Of a stretch of DNA of 53,787 nt, positions 20,701-28,400 are shown in pieces. The stretch's first letter is position 1. Each line of letters opens with the position of its first letter. Origin of the DNA: Verrucomicrobiota bacterium (GTDB lineage Bacteria > Verrucomicrobiota > Verrucomicrobiia > Verrucomicrobiales > DEV007); NCBI GenBank assembly GCA_045046875.1, contig JASFYY010000134.1:1-53787 (forward strand), in the 5' to 3' direction. Under the pieces are notes generated by a model. The model did not search any database and was not told the origin of the DNA. It saw only the letters and a program-made list of their open reading frames with translations. Both the position numbers and the translations under genes were made by a program.

Positions 20701-21211
20701 TCTGGATGCGGAATCGATTCGCGACGCGATCCTGGTGACCAGTGGTCAACTGGATCAGCGGGCAGGAGGTTCGAGTGTGAAAAAGGGAACCACAACTGAG
20801 TATGGATATAAGTTCACCAGTAATCGGCGCAGTGTTTACACCCCGGTGTTTCGCAATCAGTTGTTGGAATTGTTCGAGGCTTTTGATTTTGCCAATCCGA
20901 ACCAAGTGAGCGGTGGTCGCAATACCAGCACGATTGCGACCCAGGCGTTGTATTTTATGAATCACCCTTTTGTGATTGAGAAATCCCACGATGCCGCCAA
21001 GCGCTTGTTAGCAATGAAGGATCTGAGTGAGCCTGCGCGGATCCACCTGGCTTATCGGGAAACGCTGGGGCGTTTGCCGGGTGAAACAGAGCAGAAACTG
21101 GCGTCGGCTTTTGTCAGTAGTTCTTCAGGCACTCCGGCGCAGCAAATGGAACGTTGGGCGCAGTTTTACCAGTCGCTGTTTGGCAGTCTGGATTTCCGCT
21201 ATGTGAATTGA
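17771..21211 (+). CDS. PSD1/planctomycete cytochrome c protein (DUF1549 + DUF1553) with two inserted golvesin/xanthan-lyase C-terminal-like modules
   Basis: FFEKKIRPIL..CYKCH, WSF, GERWGRHWLD, CARCHDHKFDP, NPLMARVMVNRIW, PSHPELLD. Start uncertain (TTG 17864 precedes the hydrophobic signal). Confidence 0.88.
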   Translation: MCYFWKRLTPVASMFRLCRTGDVCEFLVRPHLRVLILLGGLVAGSLNAAEKTQNKSIISASPSGVEFFEKKIRPILAGRCYKCHSEESGKRKGGLYLDRREGWHVGGDTGPAIVPGNVDESLVVEAVRYSNPDFEMPPKGKLSVEEIALLEQWVKMGSPDPRVGGSSLKPAKRGIDVEKGRQFWSFKPVGKSLVPKTKNGKWAFNDIDRFILAGLEQAELKPVANADRADWIRRVYFDLIGLPPTPAQIDAFVTSSDADAYGIVVDDLLASSHFGERWGRHWLDVARFAESSGGGRTLLFPDAWRYRDYVIKAFADDKPYDQFVREQIAGDLLPHQSREEKTEHLTATAYLTLGPTNYERQDKPVLETDVVDEQLDSIGKGLLGLTFGCARCHDHKFDPISTKDYYAMAGILMSTQTMVHSNVSRWVETPLPLPAKEEAKYKKHEILVASLSAQVAALKKDLDKVAPLKPVAIKDLPGIVVDDADAVKVGKWKESTHFKAYVGKGYIHDENSGKGKKTLTFSPKVMQDGWYEVRLSYTHGSSRSNRVPVTIFSKDGERVVYVNQKKAPPVGDRFVSLGRFQFDNNGQWFVMISNEGTSGHVTADAVQLLPQDEMTMAKLPRPDEVDKPELIAFIVPDPSSLPGVVVDNTEAKLVGEWKHSVHTPPFVGVSYLHDDKKGKGEKSATFTPDLPNAGLYEVRLSHNSNVRRATNTPITIKSADGSKTIRINQQDPAEHGKLFKSLGEFVFEAGKKGSVIISTEGTEGKNVIVDAVQFIPRGDAAKTEALLAREIQKQVQDQLKTAQAKLKKAKKNGKKRPLIMSVKDGKEPGDFFINIRGILSNRGPDVPRGFPEVAITKNSPVIPAGYKKSGRLEFAQWLSSAENPLMARVMVNRIWYWVFGKGLVSTLDNFGLTGEKPSHPELLDYLAVDFVENGWSMKHLVREMVLSHTYRLGVSADKGNLAADPENRLLWRMHRRRLDAESIRDAILVTSGQLDQRAGGSSVKKGTTTEYGYKFTSNRRSVYTPVFRNQLLELFEAFDFANPNQVSGGRNTSTIATQALYFMNHPFVIEKSHDAAKRLLAMKDLSEPARIHLAYRETLGRLPGETEQKLASAFVSSSSGTPAQQMERWAQFYQSLFGSLDFRYVN

Positions 21212-21250
21212 TATGAATTTTTTGCTAACTAATACTAATCTTGGGTCGAT

Positions 21251-21319
21251 GCAAGCGGAGCGCTCGCCCTACAACTAGATTCACAACAAGTGATTTTGTG
21301 GGCCGAGCGCTCCGCTTGC
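21251..21319. repeat. GTAG/GTGG REP inverted doublet
   Basis: GTAGGGCGAGCGCTCCGCTTGC on the minus strand (21251-21272) and GTGGGCCGAGCGCTCCGCTTGC on the plus strand (21298-21319). Confidence 0.8.
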
Positions 21320-21346
21320 CGAGATTAACGATACATCAGATCAACT

Positions 21347-22801
21347 ATGAATAATCCCTACAATCAAATTTTGGGTCGCAGGCAGGCTTTGAAAAGTGCG
21401 GCTTGTGGTTTTGGTCACCTTGCTTTTGCTGGCATGTTAGGCAAGCAGGCGATGGCGGCCGGAACGGGGGCAGCGCCGGGCGCGATGAATCCTCTGGCGG
21501 TCAAACAGGGAGATTTACCGGCCAAAGCCAAGCGGGTGATTTTCATTTTCATGCAGGGAGGCCCCAGTCACGTGGACAGCTTTGACTACAAGCCGAGGCT
21601 GGAAAAAGATAACGGTAAAATGAGGATTTTTGATGATGCGAGAACCAAAGCCAAGACGGGCAAGGTGATCGAACATCGCATCATGAAGTCGCTGTGGGAT
21701 TACAAACGTTATGGTCAGTGCGGCTTGCCGGTTTCGGATCTTTTTCCCCACATAGCCAAACATGCGGATGACCTTTGTGTTTTAAAAGGCATGCATACCG
21801 AGGGAGTGGCGCATGGACCGGCTACTTTGTTTTTGCATACCGGCACGATGAATATGATCCGTCCGTCGATGGGGTCGTGGACCACTTATGGCTTAGGCTC
21901 GGAAAATGAAAACCTGCCGGGTTTTGTGACCATCAATCCGTCGATGGGCAATGGTGGGCCACGTAATTACAGTAATGGATTTTTACCGGCGGTGTATCAA
22001 GGTACGGCGGTGGGACGGGCGGGCATTCCTGCGAAAGAAGCGAGGATTCGGAATATCAAACATCCAAGTTTACCTGCAGAGGAACAGCGCAAGCAATTTG
22101 AACTGTTGCGGGCGATGAATCAGGCGCAAGTCAAAAGAAAGCCGCAGGAGTATGAGCTGGATGCTTTGATCAATTCTTACGAGCTGGCCTGGAGGATGCA
22201 GAATCATGCGCCAAATACTTTGGATTTATCGGGAGAATCCAAGTCGACGCTGAAGATGTATGGTATCGATGAAAAAGAGACGGACAATTTTGGTCGTCAG
22301 TGTTTGATGGGGCGTCGCTTGGCAGAAGCCGGTGTTCGGTATATTCAGATCAATTATACGGACAATACCAATAACCCGGCTTGGGATCAGCATTCGAATA
22401 TGCCCAAACACAAAGAACATGCGTTTGCTTCGGATAAACCGGTGGCGGGTTTATTGCAGGATTTGAAACAGCGAGGTTTACTGGAAGACACCTTGGTCTG
22501 GTGGGGAGGGGAGTTCGGGCGCACCCCGTATTCCCAGAGCAACGGCACGGGGCGCGATCATAATTCCGACGGTTTCACCGTGTGGTTGGCGGGTGGAGGG
22601 GTGAAAGCGGGGTTCAGTTATGGCGAAACCGATGAATTTGGTCACCGTGCGGTGGACGGCAAGATCCACATGCACGATCTGCATGCGACTATTCTGCATC
22701 AGCTTGGACTTGATCACGAACGACTGACTTACCCCTTCGACGGACGGGACTATCGCCTGACCGATGTGGCGGGGCGGGTGGTGGATGAAATTATCGCTTA
22801 A
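21347..22801 (+). CDS. DUF1501 domain protein (Tat-like N-terminus)
   Basis: GRRQALK, FMQGGPSHVD, RRLAEAGVR, WDQH, GEFGRTP, GRDH, HDLHATILH. Confidence 0.92.
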   Translation: MNNPYNQILGRRQALKSAACGFGHLAFAGMLGKQAMAAGTGAAPGAMNPLAVKQGDLPAKAKRVIFIFMQGGPSHVDSFDYKPRLEKDNGKMRIFDDARTKAKTGKVIEHRIMKSLWDYKRYGQCGLPVSDLFPHIAKHADDLCVLKGMHTEGVAHGPATLFLHTGTMNMIRPSMGSWTTYGLGSENENLPGFVTINPSMGNGGPRNYSNGFLPAVYQGTAVGRAGIPAKEARIRNIKHPSLPAEEQRKQFELLRAMNQAQVKRKPQEYELDALINSYELAWRMQNHAPNTLDLSGESKSTLKMYGIDEKETDNFGRQCLMGRRLAEAGVRYIQINYTDNTNNPAWDQHSNMPKHKEHAFASDKPVAGLLQDLKQRGLLEDTLVWWGGEFGRTPYSQSNGTGRDHNSDGFTVWLAGGGVKAGFSYGETDEFGHRAVDGKIHMHDLHATILHQLGLDHERLTYPFDGRDYRLTDVAGRVVDEIIA

Positions 22802-22900
22802 TCCGGGGGTTGAGAAAAAATGTCGTTTGTCACACTTTTTGAGTTGATGCCAATAGGTGGTAAGGTCTAGTATCCCTTTTCCTAACTTTAAAATATAAAA

Positions 22901-23494
22901 ATGAAAATTAAGAATTTCTTACTCATCGGAGCTTTGGCTCTTTCATGCCTGTCTTCAACTGCGGCTTTTGCTCAGCAGGGAGGAGTTGCCGTTGTTGACG
23001 TGGATGCGGTAGCTCGTGAAATTGGCGCTGACAAGGAGGTGCTGGGGGCGTTGAAACAAGCTCAGGACAACCTCAATTCCAAGTTGAAGGAAGCTCAAGC
23101 CACCATGCAGAAGCAGTTTAATGATGCCGTTGCCAAAGCCGGAGGGGATAAAGCAACTCCTCAGCAAAAACAACAATTGGCTCAATTCAACCAGCAATTG
23201 CAGAATCAGTTCTCGCAATACAAAGGTCAGGCCCAGGTCGCTTTGAATAGGGAACAAGCGAAACGAGTGATCGCATTTCGTGATCAGGTTCGTCCGGTCG
23301 CCATGGAAGTAGCAAAAGCTAAAGGATTGAGCGTGGTGTTGCAGAAATCGGATCAAATTCTTGGATTTCAAGAATCTGTCGATATCACCAAAGCGGTGGC
23401 GGCTAAACTGAAAGCGAGCATGCCAGCTAAAGCCAAAGAAGCTCCTAAAGCGTCTGCCAAAGCAACGCCGACTAAAGCGGTGAAGAAAAAGTAA
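22901..23494 (+). CDS. OmpH/Skp family periplasmic chaperone
   Basis: Signal peptide, VAVVDVD strand, Gln/Lys-rich coiled coil, VAKAKGLSVVL..VDITKAV C-terminus. Confidence 0.85.
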   Translation: MKIKNFLLIGALALSCLSSTAAFAQQGGVAVVDVDAVAREIGADKEVLGALKQAQDNLNSKLKEAQATMQKQFNDAVAKAGGDKATPQQKQQLAQFNQQLQNQFSQYKGQAQVALNREQAKRVIAFRDQVRPVAMEVAKAKGLSVVLQKSDQILGFQESVDITKAVAAKLKASMPAKAKEAPKASAKATPTKAVKKK

Positions 23495-23511
23495 ACAATC
23501 TTTAAATGATC

Positions 23512-23546
23512 AAAAACGGCGTTCTCAGTGAGGACGCCGTTTTTTT
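23512..23546 (+). terminator. Rho-independent terminator (potentially bidirectional)
   Basis: AAAAACGGCGTTCTC-AGT-GAGGACGCCGTTTTTTT directly after the ompH-like stop. Confidence 0.85.
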
Positions 23547-23585
23547 ATGGGATGGTGAGTGATAATTGCTAAAAAACATTTTGCA

Positions 23586-23599
23586 CTGATTCAAATCAC
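23586..23599 (+). promoter_or_regulatory. Putative FNR/CRP-family box upstream of cytochrome c peroxidase
   Basis: CTGAT-TCAA-ATCAC matches TTGAT-N4-ATCAA at 8/10 positions, centred ~51 nt upstream of the ATG. Confidence 0.4.
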
Positions 23600-23643
23600 C
23601 GTTTAGTCATATAGTTCCAACTTTAGGAATCTGGAAATTTATT

Positions 23644-24687
23644 ATGAAAAAATCCCTGTTATGTTTGCTGTTTGTTGCTGGTGTGTCTGTCACTACAAAA
23701 TCCAATGCGGATGAGATTGTTAATCGAGCCATGCTCGGCATGTTCCAGCCTTTGCCCAAGAGCATAGAAAATCCGAAAAACCCATTCAACGACGCGAAGT
23801 TGGAATTGGGTCATAAGCTGTTTTTTGAAAGAAGACTGTCTCTGGATTACACCATTTCCTGCCATTCTTGCCATAACCTCAAGCAGTATGGACAAACGGG
23901 CACGTCATTTCCCACTGGAATTTCGGATCAAAAACCCGGCAGGAATTCACCTACGGTGTTTAACGCGGCGATTCACGTGGCGCAGTTTTGGGATGGGCGT
24001 GAACCGGATGTGGAGGCGCAGGCCAAAGGGCCTATTCTGGCTGGCGCGGAAATGGGTATGCCTGATGGGGACTACGCCGTAAAGATATTAAAATCAATCC
24101 CCGGTTATGTGGAGCTTTTCAAAAAAGCCTTTCCTGATAGTGATGATGCCTTGACCTATGACAATGTAGGCAATGCGATTGGCGCCTACGAACGCAAGCT
24201 GATGACACCTTCCCGTTTTGATGACTACCTGAAAGGGGATGACAAAGCACTGACGGATGCTGAGAAAAAAGGGTTGATGACCTTTATCTCAACTGGTTGC
24301 ACCACTTGCCACAATGGCATGGGCGTGGGGGGGCATCTTTACCAGAAGCTGGGTTTGGTCAAAGCCTGGCCAAATCTAACCGATGAGGGGCGCAGTGCGG
24401 TGACAGGCAATGAAGCGGATAAATTTCACTTCAAAGTGCCTAGCTTGAGAAATATTACTGAAACCGCTCCTTACCTGCACGATGGGTCGATTAAGGAATT
24501 GGACATGATGGTGAAAAAAATGGCAGAGCACCAGTTGGGACGGACGATTTCGGATGAAGACACTCAATCGATTGTGACCTTCCTGAAGTCCTTGAAAGGT
24601 GATTTGCCCAAGGATCTGATTCAACGCCCGGATTTACCGGAAAGCGGTCCGAATACTCCCAAGCCCAAGGAGTATATTGTGAAGTAA
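23644..24687 (+). CDS. ccpA: Di-heme cytochrome c peroxidase (CcpA/MauG family)
   Basis: Signal peptide; CHSCH and CTTCH; RNSPTVFN, QFWDGR, FKVPSLRNI, APYLHDG. Confidence 0.92.
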   Translation: MKKSLLCLLFVAGVSVTTKSNADEIVNRAMLGMFQPLPKSIENPKNPFNDAKLELGHKLFFERRLSLDYTISCHSCHNLKQYGQTGTSFPTGISDQKPGRNSPTVFNAAIHVAQFWDGREPDVEAQAKGPILAGAEMGMPDGDYAVKILKSIPGYVELFKKAFPDSDDALTYDNVGNAIGAYERKLMTPSRFDDYLKGDDKALTDAEKKGLMTFISTGCTTCHNGMGVGGHLYQKLGLVKAWPNLTDEGRSAVTGNEADKFHFKVPSLRNITETAPYLHDGSIKELDMMVKKMAEHQLGRTISDEDTQSIVTFLKSLKGDLPKDLIQRPDLPESGPNTPKPKEYIVK

Positions 24688-24695
24688 ACTTTAGC

Positions 24696-24731
24696 CTACC
24701 TTTACCTCTTTGAAGGGGGTAAAAAGGAGGG
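24696..24731. terminator. Imperfect hairpin between convergent genes, probable terminator
   Basis: CCTACCTTTACCTCTTTGAAGGGGGTAAAAAGGAGG between the ccpA stop and the pilin-like gene stop. Confidence 0.45.
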
Positions 24732-24732
24732 T

Positions 24733-25113
24733 TTAGTTTGAGATGTGATTAGTAATCGAGCAGGTTACAAAAGATTCAGTCAGTGCGGGAACGTGATCTA
24801 AAAAAACATAATCGCCAGTATCAGGGCAATCTGGTGTCTCCTTGACGTATTGATCGTTTACCAGGATTGCGATCATGCCTGCAACAGAATCACCTTCTCC
24901 CAACGAATTAAAATTGGCGTAAGAGATCGCCATTTTTTGTAATTGAGCTTGTTGCAGTATGCACTTGGCCCGGGAGGATCCTTTGTTGAAACTGGTGACG
25001 CCTAGGAAGACAATGGTGATCAAACCTAATAAAACAGAGATAATAAGTGTTATCTCGATCAAGGTCATGCCTGATTGCCTGAATTTATTTTTTTTGGGAG
25101 AATAGTAATGCAT
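24733..25113 (-). CDS. Prepilin-type N-terminal cleavage/methylation protein (short pilin/pseudopilin)
   Basis: Class III signal KNKFRQSG|MTLIE followed by a hydrophobic helix; C-terminal CP..C..H pattern. Confidence 0.85.
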   Translation of the reverse strand: MHYYSPKKNKFRQSGMTLIEITLIISVLLGLITIVFLGVTSFNKGSSRAKCILQQAQLQKMAISYANFNSLGEGDSVAGMIAILVNDQYVKETPDCPDTGDYVFLDHVPALTESFVTCSITNHISN

Positions 25114-25494
25114 GGGATAGATCCGGGTTAGTGGAGAATGACAAGCTAATGAGCTACTATTTATTCATTTTTACGTATAAGTCCCACAACATCAAGCTAT
25201 TACCTAGGGAAAATCGGCTCTTATTTTAATAAAGTTTTAAATTTAAATCTTGAGAAGTCTTCGCAGAGAAGATTGTGTTCTTGTATAAAATTCAGCTGAG
25301 TTTAGATTTTCTCCATGTCTGCTCATTCCCTCCCCAGTGGCGACGTCTGCACGTTGTTCTGCTGTTTGTTGCCTAGCGGTTATTTGTTGGTTTTTTTTAC
25401 CGGAATCGGTAAAAAAACATATTTGTCCGTAAGAATCAGGGCGTTTTCGGAGTGTGGATAGGAACCCTTGCGCTCTTAGCTAACGAAGATCTTT

Positions 25495-28400
25495 ATGAAA
25501 ATCCCCTCTCACTCGACAGCCAGATTGGCTAAGCTAGTTTGTGCTAGTTTTATGATGTTATCAGCATTGCTGCTTCCGCTGAACGCCGAGGATAAAGTGA
25601 TGATGAAAAAAAGTGGAGGTAAAGAGGTCAGCTATTACAAAGATATCCGTCCGGTGTTTCAGGCGAAATGTCAGGGTTGTCACCAACCCGCTAAAGCCAA
25701 GGGAGACTACGTGATGACCGATGTGGCCAAGTTGATCGCCGGGGGGGAATCAGACCAAGCAGTGATTCCTCATCAACCGCAGCAGAGTTTATTGATTGAG
25801 CAGGTGACTCCGGTGAAGGGCGAGGTTGAGATGCCGCCGAAGGGCAAAGAAGATCCGCTGAGCAAGGTGGAGCTGAAGCTGGTCACCGATTGGATCAAAC
25901 AAGGGGCTAAAGATGATACGCCGGTGAATGCGCGTGAGGTCTATGACATGAATCACCCTCCTAAGTATGCGGTGTCGCCAGTGGTCACTTCATTGGATTA
26001 TTCTCCGGATGGCAAGCTGTTGGCAGTGGCAGGGTTTCACGAAGTGCTGTTGCACAAAGCGGATGGCTCGGGTTTGGTCGCGCGTCTGGTGGGGTTGTCA
26101 GAGCGCATTGAAAGTGTTCGTTTTTCACCGGATGGTAAACTGCTGGCGGTGACAGGAGGTTTGCCCGCTCGAATGGGGGAGGTGCAGATTTGGGATGTGG
26201 CAAAAAAGAAGCTCAAACAATCGGTGCCTGTAGGTTTTGATACACTCTATGGAGGTTCCTGGTCTCCGGATGGGAAAACGGTGGCTTTTGGCATGACCGA
26301 TAACACCGTGCGGGCGATCGATGTGGGCAATGGTAAACAGGTTTTGTTTATGGGGGGGCACAGTGATTGGGCTTTGGATACGGTTTTTTCCAGCAAAGGA
26401 ACTCATTTGGTATCCGTCGGGCGGGATATGAGTGCCAAACTGACTGAGGTGAAAAGTGAGCGTTTTGTGGACAACATCACTTCGATCACGCCAAAGGCTC
26501 TGAAAGGTGGAATCGCGGCGGTGACACGTCACCCTGTTAAGGATGAAATCCTCGTTGGTGGTTCTGACGGGGTTCCCCAGATTTATCGGATGATCAGGCA
26601 GACCGCGCGGAGGATTGGTGATAACGCAAATTTGATCCGTCAATTCCCGGCGATGCAGGGGCGGATTTGGAGCACGGCTTACAGTCCGGATGGCAAAATG
26701 ATTGCGGCTTGCAGCAGTTTGAATGGGAAGGGCTGGGTTAATATTTATAGCTCGGATTTCGATAGTGAGATGCCGAAAATGGTGAAAGCGGCTTTTGGCA
26801 AGGTGGCGACTACTCGCTCTGCGGAGGAGAAAAAGGCGGTTGAGGATTATTACACCAAGGACGTCAAGCTGCTGCATTCGGCGGCTTTTGCTGAGAGCAC
26901 TATTTTTGCGCTGGCTTTCAGTCCTGATGGTCAGACCGTGGCAGCTGCCGGTGATGATGGAAAAGTCCGCCTAATTAAGATTGCCACGGGGAAAGTGGCG
27001 AAGGCATTTGTTCCGGTTAAAATCGACGGGGCAGATGCAGTGGCAAAGGTCTTGGTTGAAAACGGCAGCAAGAAAATTCCGCTTAATCTTAAAAAAGGAA
27101 AGTTTGGCAAGAGCGTGCAACGTTCATTGCCAAAGGGGGGCAAAGTGGTGGAGCTGATGCTCAGTCCGGCGAAGATCAAGTTGGATGCGCCTAATTTATA
27201 TAGTCAGATATTGGTGATGGCAAAGCTGGCAGACGGGACCTCCGCCGACCTGACGCGTGAAGTGAAATGGATCTTGGATAAACCCCTGTTGCAAATTGAT
27301 GCCTTGGGAGTGGCGCGTCCCAAGGGAGAGGGGCAGGCGACGCTTACCGTGAGCCACGGTTCACTGAAAACCAGTATTCCAGTGATAGTCTCCGGCTTGA
27401 ATCACGCTTCCAAACCTGACTTTATTCGAGACGTGAATCCTGTGCTCAATCGTCTGGGCTGCAGTGCGGGAACTTGTCATGGAGCCAAGGCGGGTAAAAA
27501 TGGATTTAAATTATCGCTGCGTGGGTATGACCCGCTCTATGATGTCAGAGCTTTTGGGGATGACCACACCGCGAGGCGAGTGAACTACGCATCTCCGGAT
27601 GATAGTCTGATGTTAATGAAAGCTACGGGAGCGGTGCCTCATGAAGGCGGGGCTTTGACTGATATTCATTCGGACTATTATAATGTGATCCGTCAATGGA
27701 TTGCCGATGGCGCACAATTGGATTTGAAATCAAAAAAAGTCAGCCGGATTGAGCTGTTCCCAAAAAAACCGGTGATTCAGAACATCGGAGCCAGTCAACA
27801 AATTCGAGTGATTGCTTATTTTGCGGATGGCTTGCAACGCGATGTGACACGCGAAGCTTACATCAATAGCGGAAACAAAGACGTGGCCACTCACGACGAC
27901 TTTGGCTTGATCTCAACTTTGCGCCGCGGCGAAGCTCCGATCTTGGCACGTTATGAAGGATCTTACTCGGCAACTACTCTCACCGTGATGGGAGATCGCA
28001 GTGGTTATAAGTGGACCAAACAACCCGCTCAAGGACGGATTGATGAATTGGTGGCTGCCAAGTGGAAACGGATGAAAATCCAGCCTTCCGGCTTGTGCAA
28101 GGATGAAGAGTTCATTCGTCGGGTGTATCTTGATCTCAGTGGTTTGCCGCCGAGTGCCGATGCGGTGCGCAAGTTCATCGCGGACAAAGCACCGAGCCGG
28201 CAAAAAAGGGATCAATTGATTGATACTCTGATTGGCTCACCGGAATTTGTCGATCATTGGACTAATAAATGGGCGGATATGTTACAGGTGAACAGCAAGT
28301 TCCTCGGTAAAGAAGGCGCCCAACTGTTCCGCGACTGGATTCATGAACAGGTAGAAAAGAATGTCCCCTACGATAAATTTGCCTACTCGATTCTAACGGC

